From: Eledone cirrhosa
Taxonomy: Eukaryota
Reading direction: 5' to 3'
DNA length: 64,000 nt
NCBI GenBank assembly: GCA_964016885.1
Contig: OZ024740.1
Span: forward strand, 182,528,001-182,592,000
This document shows positions 50,674 through 64,000 of the stretch, piece by piece (within the stretch, counting starts at the first letter, position 1; each line of letters begins with the position of its first letter). A program made the position numbers and the translations under genes. A model generated the notes under the pieces. It worked only from the letters and a program-made list of their open reading frames with translations. It ran no database searches and had not been told where the DNA came from.

Positions 50674-52748
50674 TGTAATAGTTATTGAGGCAGTCTGTAT
50701 ATATTTTATTTTATTTTATGTATATTCCGTTTGCTTCTGGTTAAATTTCTCAAACAAATGTGGTATATCATCATCATTTCATTTTTTAACGTCCGCTTTT
50801 TCCCTGCTTATATATATATATTCATACACACACACATATACATGTATATGTATATATGTATGTGTGTGTACTTATAAACACTAATATAAGCAAAATATAA
50901 ATATGCTCTTACACACACACACATATATATGTATATATACTTAAACACACATAGAGAGATATGTGTATGTGTAATTATGTATTATGTATGTATGTATGTG
51001 TGTATGTATGTATACATGCATGTAGATCTTTCATAATTATTATAGATACCATTTTCAAAATTATTTCAATAGATATTAAATTGTATAAAAATTTAGTTGG
51101 TAATGTTTTCTGGAAAGAAAACATATTTCAAACAATTGACATATCTCTTTGCTTCATAAAATGAATTTTAATGACTTTTCAATCAAATTAAATGAAATAG
51201 ATTCTGTTGAATGAAAAATGATATTATGCTGACACTAAAAAAATTTGATTTACAAGCTGTACATAAAAGTACCAGCTTTTCACGAGCGAAATAGCTTAAT
51301 AGAATGTTTTTATCTCTTCCGTAGATCATACAAGAAGAAATTTTATATAGCAATTTGAATATCAAAGTTTTGTTTTAAGTTTAGCAACACTAAAATTATA
51401 CTTTAGAGAATTAACCAAAAAAAAAAAAAATGAAAGAAATTGGAAAAATAGAAAAAAAAGCTCTTTTGATGAGAGAATTTAATTGTTTGTCAAAATAGTG
51501 AGTATTCATCAATGAGATGTAGACAGTGAGATAATGTTTCTTAATATGCTGAATGAGTTGCTATTAGTAAAGGAGTTTGCATGGAGATAAGCAGATACAG
51601 AGATTATTATGCAAAGATAATAAATAATATCAAGACTTCACATTTTATCTGAGAAATGTGTTTTTTTTTGTTCGTTTGTTGATTTTCTTCTTCATCATGT
51701 TATAATATACCTCTATGACTGGTAAATTTGAAATGGTATGATTGTTAAAATCACTGATGTATATCGGAAAATCAAATTAGAATCAGTTTACTCTCTTAGA
51801 ATCAATACCTATAACTTAGGAAGAAATTTGGTTTTATATAACTTTTCTGAAATGTTATTCTTATTGGAAAGAAAGTTTGTAATTCTGTCTCTCTCTTCTT
51901 CAGTGATATCTAAGTATAATATTTAGTGGCATAATACTATTATTTATGCAGGTCTGTGTAGGTGTTTAAGTTATTCAGGTTAAATTATTCCAATGTTCTT
52001 TACATTCAATTTCTAATATTCCTCCATAAAACTAGATTTATTCTGGAAAATTTAATTTTGGAGATAAGATTTTATCTTTACTTCAATTTCTCCTATTAAC
52101 ATGAAATTTTACTTACAGTAAGTTATTGTACAATACGTGTGTTTTTAATGGTTACTAATTGGATAGGTATTTATTTATTTATTTAATCAATTTAAAAGTT
52201 CATATAGATCTAGTAAGCTATGCCAGGCAAACGGAAGTATCTAGTGCTTCTTACAGTTGAGAAACAAAAAAAAAGAAAAAGATATACAGAGCTAAACGAA
52301 TATATAAAAAAAAAAAAATGTTTAATGGAAGAGCAACAGAAGGTAAAATAAGCATAAAAAAAACAAAGAAAAAGGGGAAGCAAGGGAAGCTGTAAAGCAG
52401 CTAGGGAATTCTTTTGTTTTGAAATCCCTTTAGTCAAATAAAAATATGTATCAAAAGTTTTCAAATTAATAGTAGCGGTGCTATATTTCACACTTGACTA
52501 ACACGGAAATGTTATGGTATATTTGATCCTGTCCTGTTTCCAGTAAACGACACTCATTTGTTGTCCCCTGTCTCTATGTTGTGTTGTCTGATATGCATCT
52601 TTCCAACAGTGTGTTCTAAGCCATTTTGCCAACTGGGCTCAATATTTCTTTCTTTTTTGGGTGTGCTGTATATAAATACACACACACATATACATTTATA
52701 TATATGCAGTACTAATACGAATAAAGGTCTTACTAGCTTTAATTAGTA

Positions 52749-52804
<56 letters not shown>

Positions 52805-52806
<2 letters not shown>

Positions 52807-53047
52807 ATAATTGTTTCTACTTTTGACACAAGACCTGCAATTACCCAGTACATTACTGGTACTTTATTTTATCGACCCCGTAAGGATGAAAGGCAAAGTT
52901 AGACTCGGTGGGATTTGAACTCAGACCGTAAAGGGATGTAACTATACTGGAAAGCATGGCGTCCGACTCCATGCTTTCTAGTATAGTTATGTCCCTTTAC
53001 GGTCTGAGTTCAGATCCCGCCGAGGTTAACTTTGCCTTTTATCCTTA
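52805..53047. mobile_element. SINE-A (minus) with fold-back inverted duplication
   Basis: Arms about 79 bp (52881-52959 / 52969-53047), 9-nt loop. Confidence 0.9.
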
Positions 53048-53987
53048 TATATAGTAATAATAATAAATGTGAAGATCCCGTTAAGGGTGAAAGCAGCGAT
53101 TCTTTGCTCAAACATTAATCTGTTATTTTAATAATATATATATATTTGTTTAATATAGAAATGGCTTATACAGGACTAGAACTGTTTCGTTCATATGAGT
53201 GTACATCTATATATAGGATATGAATCAAAGTTGTAATTGTCATATAGCAGGTACTAATCAAGATGTTTGAGGCAATCACAAAACACTCAATGGATTGATA
53301 AGCTAAACATTATCATCCAGAGTAAAATACAACAGATAAAAAGTGTGACACCAAGAAAAACGACCGGATGCAGTGGCAAATGTTTATACCACCACAACAA
53401 TAAATACAAAAAGGATGAAGATGATTTATTAATATTCAAATAGGTTGAAGGTATATATATCCTTTTACTTTCACTTGATTTATTAAAATTCTGTGAACAT
53501 ATGACTATTATTCTTACCAACAAAGAAAGAGCACCATGACAGCAGCATTTCTGGATTTTTATGTCTTCAGAAAAGCTTACTCCTTTGCTACTAGCATTCA
53601 ATATAAGTGAGAAGAGAATGAATATTTTTTCTAAAGGGACACCAGTCAGGTTAGTGAGTTGAGAAATAACTAAAGAACTGGCAAAACATGTTAAGTAAAA
53701 GTACATTTTTGTGTTTAATTTAACTGGATACTCTTTTTGATATTTTGACTAAATCATATCTTGATGAGAAAATGTTTTAATAAAATAAATTAAGTACACG
53801 TGAAAAAAAATACAAAAAGACTATTAACTTTGACAAGAGCTTAGTGTACATCTAAAGTGCAAGATAGTTCAAAACTAATGTGAATTTTCTATATTCTGAA
53901 AAACGTTCTCATCACTGATAGAATCTATCATTGCTAATTATAGTTTTTTAAAATATAATTATATCATATGCAGTTTTATACAGCATC

Positions 53988-54040
<53 letters not shown>

Positions 54041-54497
54041 GTGAGAGCAAATACAATACTAATAATACATCTAAAATATTAAATATTGGGAAGAGCAAAT
54101 TATTTTTATGTAATTTAAAATCAATTTTGAAGTAATAGAAGCAACATGAAATAGAAATATATTTCAATCAAACCTCAATCCTTTTAATTACTTCATGATT
54201 TTTATTAACAAATTTTGCTTATCAACTTACTCTGTTTTGTTCAAAGCAATTAAAATTTCCTATTAGGCTTATTAGGTTTCAAAATATGTCTATTCTTATA
54301 ACAATTTGTTTGTTATATTGTATGTTTAGGCCTTTTAGAATTGAAACCAAAACTAGAATTATTTAGAAATAATTACAAATGGTTATGTGGTTTGGTTGTT
54401 TATGATTGTTTAGTCTGAAGTATTTCAACATAGTATTATCAGATCCTAACAGAAAGAAGCATTGTAGTGTCTTCTTAAAAAAAGACTAATTATTTAA

Positions 54498-54756
54498 CTC
54501 GCATTACCATATTTCTAATGGAAAACACTGCTTATGATTTTTCGAATGATTTCGAAACTAATCAAGAATTTGACGTGATATATTAATATGACTTTCTTAT
54601 TATTTATCTATTTTGATGATAAAATTTTGATAAAGTTGTTTTTAGATAAAATCAAGATAGATGGGGTTTAAATAAAAGAAACTTCAAAACAAGCAGTTTC
54701 AAATCGTTTATATAATAGAAACAGGGCAAGTTCAAAACAGTTTGGTATCAAATGGG
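54498..54756. mobile_element. Decayed piggyBac-type (TTAA) MITE
   Basis: TTAA-CTCGCATTACCA ... TGGTATCAAATGGG-TTAT. Confidence 0.5.
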
Positions 54757-56126
54757 TTATATCCCTTCTGAATTTAACCAATTTTGAAATTAAATGGACT
54801 CTGCTATTTAAAAGTTATCTAATAACACTTTGTCAACAGGAGTCAAGTTATATTGTGGTTTGTTATTTTGAATCTTAATAAATTTTACAGTTGAAATTCT
54901 TCCAATATTGACTTTTGTTTGTTCAAGTCAATTTAATAAGTATCAGTAGGATACTGGAGTTGATTTAATCACATACTCTGCTACTTACAGTGGTCTTGTG
55001 CTACTCTGAGAATTGAATGTTATGAAGTGCTGTTTCATTGACAGACCTAATATCCTCTGCATGAGCAACCAAGCATGCAAAGTCTGATCCCAGTCATGGG
55101 GCTAGATAGAAAGTCACATGATAGATATGCCTATGCTGTTCCCACGGATGTTGAAAACTGTTTCAATGTTGCATTTTCCTACTTTCTATTACACAAAACT
55201 GTATATCGATTCTTAGCCCTTGTCAGTCTGCTGTAATAAATGTGCCTCTTGGAATCCTATGTAGTAGCTGTGAATCCAATAACTAGGTATTTCTTTGCAT
55301 ATTGTACAAGTTTTCTTTTAGTGGTCATTGAAACAGATCATGGACTTACCAGTCCCGAACATATAAATAGAAACACACACACATTTCTAATCAACACAAG
55401 GGAACATACCTTAGGATTTTGTTTTTAAAAATGATATTTACTTTAATTAAAACAATATTTTGTTTGCTTTTCAGATTTTATTAAAAATATGGTATTGTTC
55501 CATAGCTTTTCAGTGAGTTGAAGCTGTGCCGTAATGGCATATGGTGTTTCCTGGGCATTTTAAGCCTGGTGGAGCCAATCCCAGTCTCCAGGTCTGAATA
55601 CAGCACATTTCTTCCAGAGAAGGATATAAATTGAGAGAGAAGTGAGAAAGAGATATAAAGGAAACATTGACCCCAGTACAAGACTTGTATTTTATTTTAT
55701 CAACCTCGAAAGAATGAAAGGGAAAGTTAATCTTGATGGGATTTGAGCCCAGAGAGCAGAGAGCTGGAATGAATACTGCAAAGCATACTCTTTAATGTGC
55801 TAATGAATCTGGCAATTCGCCACCATATTAAAAATACAATATATAATATATTCATAAACAAAATCTAATCCATTCTTCTGACAAATTGACTTTGCATTTA
55901 TTTGATCAATTATACTTGCTCGATGGTTTTGCAGTAATACATGCTGTAATTTCTAAACTACTGCAACTAAAGATACCTTGTAATTACAGTCTTTGATTCC
56001 AGTTTTTTAGAAGATTTAGTGCAAATTATCTGGCCAAAATACGAACTATTTTGAGAACAACCTACTCAAACCACGTCTGGCTCTCTGACCATCCCCCACC
56101 ACATTTCAAAGTCTAAAAAAGACAAA

Positions 56127-56400
56127 AGTCTTTCTCAATCACGAAGGTTAATCAGACTGGTGCTTATCTCAGTTTCTATGACATTAAGTTATTGAAAATA
56201 CAAGACTCTCCCCTGGACAGGTTCCTAGCCCATTGCAGGGTTAAGTCCCCAGGTATTTTTGGTCTCATTTTCACATGGGTACACTGAAGCAACATGAAAT
56301 GAAGTGTTTTACTGAAGAACACAACACAGAACCCAGCCCATGAATAAATCTACAACATTATGATCGTAGATCCAACACCTTTAGCATCAAACCACACACC
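56127..56400 (-). mobile_element. SINE family C, near full length, old
   Basis: tRNA-like head at the right end, TGTGTTGTGTTCTTCAGTAAAACACTTCATTTC, CCCTGCAATGGGCTAG...GAGATAAGCACCAG. Confidence 0.6.
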
Positions 56401-57138
56401 TGCATACATTTTAAAGGGTTCCTATTTAAATTAATATCTTTCAATGTAGCTTGATGTAAGGCGCTTTTGTTAAGTAAGGTTACAATGAAATAATAACTTA
56501 GCGATTCTCTCCAAATTCTTCATCAATTATTCAAATTCATTGTATATCATTAGAAATATATTAAAAGAAGTTTATGACTGGTTAAAAGAACATAAAGTGT
56601 TAATATTACCTATCATAAAAAACAATTGCCAAATATTGCAGAATTACCTGCAAGAATATTGTCACCCTTGTATATTGATAATATGCATGATATTGTAATA
56701 GAGGGTAGGCTATTATTTTGTAAATGTTATTCCATCAAATAATATCTTATGATGATATTTTCATTGCCTTGAGTGAATTAATCAATGCTTTTAACAAGAA
56801 AAACAAAACATGATGCCACCATACATTCTGTTTCTTTTATGTTTATTTGATCCTCTCAGGCATCCTATGGGAAAAAGATATTAATTCATATGTGGCACTA
56901 TCTTAGATGTTGAGATCCTTCCTTTTTTTATGGTTTATGTCAGAATGTTTTATTTGAAATATAACTAAACTTTCAATCCCAAGGAATTCATAGTTGTGTC
57001 TTAATATTTTTCTTATACTGTTTGTTGTAAAATTCTAGAAGGTACATTTTTAAGACCGTTTTCTACTATCTTTCTCTTATTCCATATATCGATATATATG
57101 TGTATTAATTAAAATCGATTAAAGTTGAATTCCTTTAA

Positions 57139-57359
57139 CCCTTTAGCATTTGCATTACTCTATATTTACTATTGTATTCTCAGAGTAAAGGCTTTATCTC
57201 ACATAAATATCTCACATAATGGCAAATCTAGGGGGTTTTTATATTATTTATTTTGAGAATAATACGTTAACATTAATATGAGTGGCTGGTTACAGCTGGT
57301 TTGAACAGAAAGAGGTGAGAGAATTCTGGCCGGATATGGCAGGTTTAAATACTAAAGTG
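57139..57359. mobile_element. piggyBac-type (TTAA) MITE
   Basis: TTAA-CCCTTTAGCATTT ... AAATACTAAAGTG-TTAA. Confidence 0.7.
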
Positions 57360-58397
57360 TTAAATATAATGAAATAAGAATATAAAGCTTATATCTGTCA
57401 GGCATTTCAATGAAATAAGATTTGCTATTTTACAAGAATTACAAATATCAGCTACAGATAAGAATAATTCTAAATAGCTATATTTTAATGAGATAGCAAA
57501 ACAGTTACTTCAAAATTATGATGGCATTCTATCTGTACAAACCTGCATTCCTATATTTCAAGCAGAACCTCTTATTTGCAAAAACCATTCAATTAATAGC
57601 AGAAGCAAAGAAGAAGAATACAACAAATATAAATTGGTTCAGAAAAGAAATATGAATTGATTTCCAAATTTTCTTTATCTAGAATATGATAGATTTTGTC
57701 TTAACATTCAATTTACACGAAATGAGACATAGCTGAAGACACTTTCTTAATATAAATACTTTATTTATTAGAAAAGTTAAAATGTCTACTGTCCATTTAA
57801 TCTCACCCAAATTTCCTGAGCAGTTGAAGAATAGCAAATATTTCCTATTTGTAGGTTAATAGCGGAAATGATATAAAACAAAACTATTTGGCATCACCCT
57901 ACAATATTCTCCAGACATCAATATATCATCATTGGACAGAGAATATATCTCAGATGTTTTAAGATAGTTTACATACTTATGTTGATATAACATTTTAACT
58001 GAATAATTCATGAATGCAAATGTGTTTTAAACTAAACTGCTTTATTATATTTACTGTAAATTTTACCAAAGTGTTCTCCTATATTTATCTGGTTAAAAAT
58101 CCTGTATGACTAAAACTGACATACTGTTAAGCTATCAATAGAAATTGAAAGACAGATATCAAATGTTATGTTTGATGTTGCTGTGTCTAAGAAACTCCTG
58201 TGTTTAGAGTAATAATAAAATATTACTTAAGTAAAATATTTTTATCATCTGATCAATATACATTATAAAAAATGTTGATAATCTTGATAATCTTGATATG
58301 ATAGATCCATTACCTAAGTAATAAACTCATAATCAAATATCTTTTTTATCTATCCAGAGAAATACATTGCTGGTTATTTAGCCTCTAGTTAAAATTG

Positions 58398-58445
<48 letters not shown>

Positions 58446-58447
<2 letters not shown>

Positions 58448-58957
58448 GGAAAAATTTGAACAGGGACAAAACAGAGAGGCAGTACAACGAATGTTTATTA
58501 ATTTCACGCTCTGGAAAGTGGGGTGTTGGTGGGGGACGACGTTTCGGGCATAAGCCCTTCCTCAGGTGAGAAGTGTGTGGGAACAGAGTTCAAAGGGTGT
58601 GTAGGGGAGTGGTGGAGAGACATATAGCAAAAGGAAACGGTGCGAATGAAAAAATAAAAAATAAAGATAAAAATAAAAATAAAGCATGATCAAAATACAA
58701 GGAATGAGATAAATTTAAATATAAAGGCATGATAAAAATAAACTGATATTAAAAGGGAGGTAAAACAGGTGGTGGAAGGGTGTGGTAAGGCACCAGATGG
58801 ACCATAACGCACCAGAGTACTCACTACTTAGGGTAGTAGAGTGGGTAATAGGAAAAAGTATGACCCCGCGGCAGAGCTCAAGCCGTTTCAATGGCTATAT
58901 CAGTCCAGAAATAGCCGTCGAAATGGCTTGAGCTCTGCCGTCGGGGTCATACTTTTT

Positions 58958-58962
<5 letters not shown>
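58446..58962 (-). mobile_element. PLE-type pLTR remnant with HHR and terminal fold-back hairpin
   Basis: HHR at 58535-58568; hairpin arms 58848-58898 / 58911-58962; (TA)n both sides. Confidence 0.75.
58535..58568 (-). ncRNA. Minimal HHR motif
   Basis: AC-CTGAGGA-A-GGGC-TTAT-GCCC-GAAACGTC-GT; intact core, palindromic ACGT stem III, very short stem I. Confidence 0.65.
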
Positions 58963-59002
<40 letters not shown>

Positions 59003-59329
59003 TTTCAATTTTAACTAGAGGCTATATATATATATATATATAAGATCATAAGTCTTCCAGCCATGACCATCGTCTTCTTTTAGCCAAAATTTATTGAGTA
59101 TTAGATTCTCCAACACCTCTTTCCTTTTATAAGATAGTAGGTTATCATTTGAGCGACATTTGACTGCAATTTCTATTGTTTTAGATATATTTCTTAGAAT
59201 TAGATAAGGTGAGTAACAAAAGGATTATGATTGTTCATGCTATTAACCTTGCCTATAGAGGTAAATAAGTTTGTTAATTATTTAGATTTACATATATTTT
59301 GATAATCTAAGAAGGGATTAAAAATGTGA

Positions 59330-59512
59330 AAGCTCACATTGTAAAAGTGGTTGTCGTTAGGAAGGGCATCCTGCTATAAAAGCCAAGTCAGAATAGAAAC
59401 AGTTCAGTATGAGCAAGTCAGGGCCACCTGAATTGACGTGCTTCAAATGGGCCAAGCCATCTAACCCATGCTAGCATGGAAAATGGGTGTTAAACGATGT
59501 TGATGATGATGA
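59330..59512 (+). mobile_element. Older RTE-type 3' module (GGAAGGGCATCC...CCCATGCTAGCATGGAAAA...(GAT)n); further copies 63075-63365 (-), 63605-63856 (+), 24845-25000 (-)
   Basis: Same motif order as the RTE-1 and RTE-3 3'UTRs, no adjoining ORF. Confidence 0.75.
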
Positions 59513-62500
59513 AAGCAATGTTTAGAATCAAAATATTTTAAAAGTGGAACTTAGCAAAGTCAATCGTTTTAGTTAGCAGGAAAAAGATGGGATGTGCAGA
59601 AAAAGATCACATAGGAATTCTATAGAGACGCTTAATGTAAATTATGAATGCATAAGTGATGCAGTGGGATCCCAGACAAGTTAAGGATTTCATAAGTAGA
59701 AGATGCACATGGGTAGTTAGCCACAACAACAGCCATAAAACAAATTATGTGCATGCTTGCAAGGCTACCTAAATATAGTTGACACATAAGTGACCTTAGT
59801 AAATGGGGTTATTTAAAAAGCACAGTAGCCTTAATAAGGACAGAGTGGAAATATTTCAGGGAGCTATTGCCTTTGCAGGCAATAAATAAATTCTCTCTGC
59901 AAGCAAAAGACAGCTTGCCTACAAAGTATAATATTAAATGGGAACAAAGCAGGGACACTAAATGCAGATTAGTGGTGGTCCACATCAATAGAACTTAGTT
60001 CAATGAATTTCACAAAATGGAAAATAATCACATTGATGACTGGTATGAATAAGACCATCAAAACTGTAAAATGGTGAGAGGTAACAAAAAGAATCATACA
60101 GCAAGCGATGCATTTAGGCCTTATATAGAAGGGCCTGTTTTAAAAATAAATTGTAAAAAAATCATGCTGTAAAAGTTGTAAAAGTATCATGCTGTAAAAA
60201 GTGGTGATGGGCCTGCGACTTATTGTGGGAGGCATGGGTCGGCTACACAAAGATTGCATATCCTAAGACCACAAAGAGGGTTTGGAAGGAAGCAACCATA
60301 ACAAAAATTGGAATAAATATATATTCTCTAAGAGAATTAAATAATTTGCTGCTGCATTAACAGTGTTGTTTTTGATTTTATAATATGCTATACAAAAGTA
60401 GTATAGATTTAGCCAGTATTGCAGTGGCACAGAAAGGTCTCTCAGCACCTGGGGCAAAGTTATTTTTGCTGTCCTTGCCTTAATTAACTGACATCAGGAG
60501 CCTGAGGAAATTTTGCAGCCCTTCTCATATGTCATTTGTTATGACTAGCCCTTCTCATATGTCATTTGTTATGCTTCTGTGATACTGTAACTTAAACAAA
60601 TTCTCTGTGAGCAGAAAAAGGGGAATCAACTGAATATATTTTATTACATTGCCGTCAGCAACCATTTAAACTCAGAGAATTATTCAATATCACTATTACT
60701 AAATATTTTACAAAACCAGAATACTAGAAGCCTTCTTATAAGGTAAATCAATTAATTGAATTTATTTGTATCTCTGATGTATTAGTAGAGTTTGCTTAAA
60801 AGGTTATAGTACACTATCAAACAAAGTTACACATTTTAGCCGTTGCTTCTTGTAGTAAAGATGGTTCGTTGTTTATACAATTTCTCTGTGAACAGAAAAG
60901 GGAGAATTTAAAAAATGATGTGTCCTCTCATTAAATATTTGGATATAGAATGATGATACTGAATATTATAAGACATTTAGTCCAGTACCTGGATTTCACT
61001 AATCCACTGCATCTATTTTTCAGGAAAAGTGTGAATCTGAACATTTCTCCCTCACAGCATTTTCTGAAGATAGCTTGTGTCGTGCTTACGTGTATCATTC
61101 ACTACAAGTTGTACTTAAAGAAGTAAAGAGGACAAAGATAAAATGAAATTCTAAATGTAAAATTGTCATACGAAGTCACATCAGTTAGAACAGTTGGACT
61201 TATGGTAGCTATAGCGACAAGATATTTTTGTTTACACATAAACAGAAATGCCATAAAATTATAAAGTCAGATTTTCTGAATTGTTGAACTCTTTTGTTTT
61301 GTTCTTTCCTTTGTTAGAATATTAAAAATTCTTCAATTTCTAATCAGCTATCTTTTGAACTTCGTGTTCAAAATAGAACTATATGATCTCTCAATAATAC
61401 TAAAATTTTCCCATTTGACTGTTTGGATGCAACTGATTTGTGACTCAAACAATCCACTCTATATGAAAATTTATTTGATTTATGTAATCTTAAGCATATT
61501 TAAATATTTTACACATGAAATTATTTGCATGAAATAATTTGCACTAAATTTGATGCACAACTATTAAAATAAAAGATTCCATTTCAGTATATAAATGAAT
61601 TTAAAAATTAGCATTATAGACAACCATTAAGGGCTCATATGCAGGCACACAAAAACATCACAATGAATTACTATACATAGGAGAGAGCATAACAAACAAC
61701 TCAAGCTGCTAGAAAAAACAGCCAGTCATACACACTAACAACGCAACAAATACTTTCACATAGAAATAACAGCTACCATGTGTGTATTTATGCCCCACGA
61801 CATAAATAATGGTTCAATAAAAAAGGGATCAATAAAATAACTCCTAGGGTTGATCCTCTAAAATCACTGTGGTGCACAGTGTAATGACTGAAACCAGTAA
61901 AAAAACGATTGATTAATGTTTGATTACATTTTTGAGTGACAATCAAGATTTCATTGAGATATATACTAATACTGAAATATATTAATATAACAAACAGATT
62001 CATGGAATATTTTTTAACTTAATTAAGTTCTTTTTAATGTTTTAAGCAGAAAATGCTTTAAAATATTTACTTTCTGATTCAATAAGATATTTTACATATT
62101 CTCTCAATAGTGAATTGAAATATGCTAGATTCAATTTCGATTTTTACTATGAAATGTAAGTATAGAAGATTTGAGATAGCAAACTATTTATTTTCTATAC
62201 AGTCCTCATGTATGTATATAAAGAATTTGGATTGTTTTCTGGTTAGCACATCCAATGGATAATAGTCAGCTTGTTTGTATAGCATATTTACATATATTAT
62301 ATGAAGATAATCTCAGTTTCCCCCCAAAATGTACACATAAACACACACACACATAATTTTTGTGACATTTTGTATGCCCAACTCATTCTTCTTTGTCTTT
62401 CCCTATGTTGATTTCCAATTGTGACTATCCACTCATTCTTAAAAGTGTTTCAGCTTTGACCATGTCCATTCCTTTTAAATGCCATTCAAACCCTATTCAT

Positions 62501-63073
62501 CCATCTTCTTTTTAAAGGTGCTCTAAACATGCCCTTCCTTTTTTTAAGGATACTCCAACCATCACCATCTACACTTGTTTTTAATGAAGCTGCCATGCTA
62601 GGTCATAGAAAATTGTGCACCTCTTTATATTACCTTTTTTAAATGTTTCCATGCATTTCGTTTTTGAGGATATTGCCACAATTTCTGAAACCTAATGAGA
62701 TGTGGTGAGAGAATCTTCAATTCAATCCCCACAGTGCTTCATCTTCAAAACCCCAGCATGAAAGGGACAACTATATTGAAATGATTGAAGGCTTGTCTGA
62801 TTTCAAAGAGATGCCTATGTCACAGTTTGTTGTGTCTGTTTCAACAACTCGCAGTGTTAAAAGCAATGTCATGGTATTGATAGGATTTGTAATGGTTTGT
62901 CATTGGACTGCAAGTATAGCAGGGAACCAACTTCAAAGCTTTTATTTCAATCTAGTTCTTGGTTTGTCAGATTTTATCTACTTTTAACTTTTGGCATACA
63001 GTGGTGCAATGTGATACCATTTACAACAAACATTATCAAACAAAAATTACCCCCCCCCCCCCCCTACCACCAC

Positions 63074-63106
<33 letters not shown>

Positions 63107-64000
63107 TTTACATCCAAGTTCAATGTTGGTATGGGGTGCATGTTCTGCCACAGTTGAAAAAAAGATGGTTTGGATCGAATACTATTTCTTATATGTTCCA
63201 TATTCAGCATGGTTTTTATAAGTCGATGCTCTTCCTAAAACCATCCATCTTACAAGATGTACTGGATGTGCTTTTTCATGGCCTCCCCACTACCACTTTA
63301 CAGAGTGTACTGAGTGCAATTTTCATGGCACCAAAACTAACACTTTACAGGATGTACTGGGTGAGGGTGAATTTTATTGACTGTATGGGTGAGTATGTAT
63401 ATGTAATGGGATGTCACACACCTCCTGGAAAGTAATTTAATTCAAATGATATTGGTCAACCTGAGGTTACATAAGAATGGCCTATGTGCACACACACAGT
63501 GGTATGATGTCTAGAACCACATGGTTGTGAAGTGAACCTCTTAACCATGTAACTATGCTGAACCTCTAATATATAATTTGCATACATCCCCCCATGACCA
63601 CACTGGTGACATGACAAAAAGCACCCAGTCCAACATGTCAGATGGTTGTTTTGTTGCCACAATACAAATCCCTCAGTCCATGCTGTAAATGTGATTGGTG
63701 TTGGGAAGGGCATTCAGCTATAGAAACCAAACCAGAAACAGTTCTGTATGAGCAAGAGATGTTCATCTGATATGACTTTTCTTACAACAGGCAAATCGTC
63801 TAACCCATGCTAGCATGGAAAAATGGATGTTAAACGATGAAGATGATGATGATGATATCCGTACACAGGCTTATATACTTACTTGTGAGTATATACAAAC
63901 TATGTGTGTGAATATTGTAGACATTGAACTATATATTATATACTTAATGATAAATGGTGTTTTTGGCAATATCCAATAAAATGCTAGTGAATGAATAATA

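Noticed and set aside
53287-53706. 139-aa minus-strand ORF
   Set aside because: No domain recognised; plus-strand frame has stops; splice signals inconsistent
60517-60573. 30-bp tandem duplication
   Set aside because: Ordinary slippage duplication
61024-61146. Acceptor followed by a 40-codon frame (EKCESEHF...)
   Set aside because: No homology recognised and no partner exons; expected by chance

Overview
AT-rich eukaryotic (animal) genomic DNA, most likely a coleoid cephalopod (Octopus-like). This is inferred from the tRNA-SINE families, RTE LINEs with (GAT)n tails and dense (TA)n microsatellites. No intact host gene is recognisable; one candidate minus-strand exon and an ETS motif lie in the first 800 bp. 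The window is mostly retroelements and transposons. RTE LINEs: one near-full-length copy (APE + RT with a PHD-type Zn finger inside the RT, frameshifted) plus many truncated or inverted copies from at least four families. Penelope-like elements (PLEs): at least three coding families and several pLTR-only remnants carrying hammerhead ribozyme (HHR) motifs. DNA elements: a hAT/Charlie transposase, a full-length decayed mariner, a Helitron STPR-repeat remnant and piggyBac-type MITEs. SINEs number more than 15. Three things stand out. (i) About eight HHR motifs from several distinct PLE-type families, nearly all sitting in or beside (TA)n tracts. (ii) An architecture seen twice independently: flank-(TA)n-pLTR ending in a fold-back hairpin-(TA)n-INVERTED copy of the flank-(TA)n. 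(iii) An excess of 50-80 bp near-perfect fold-back palindromes, several made from SINEs. All coordinates were read by eye and may be off by a few bases. No database searches were run.
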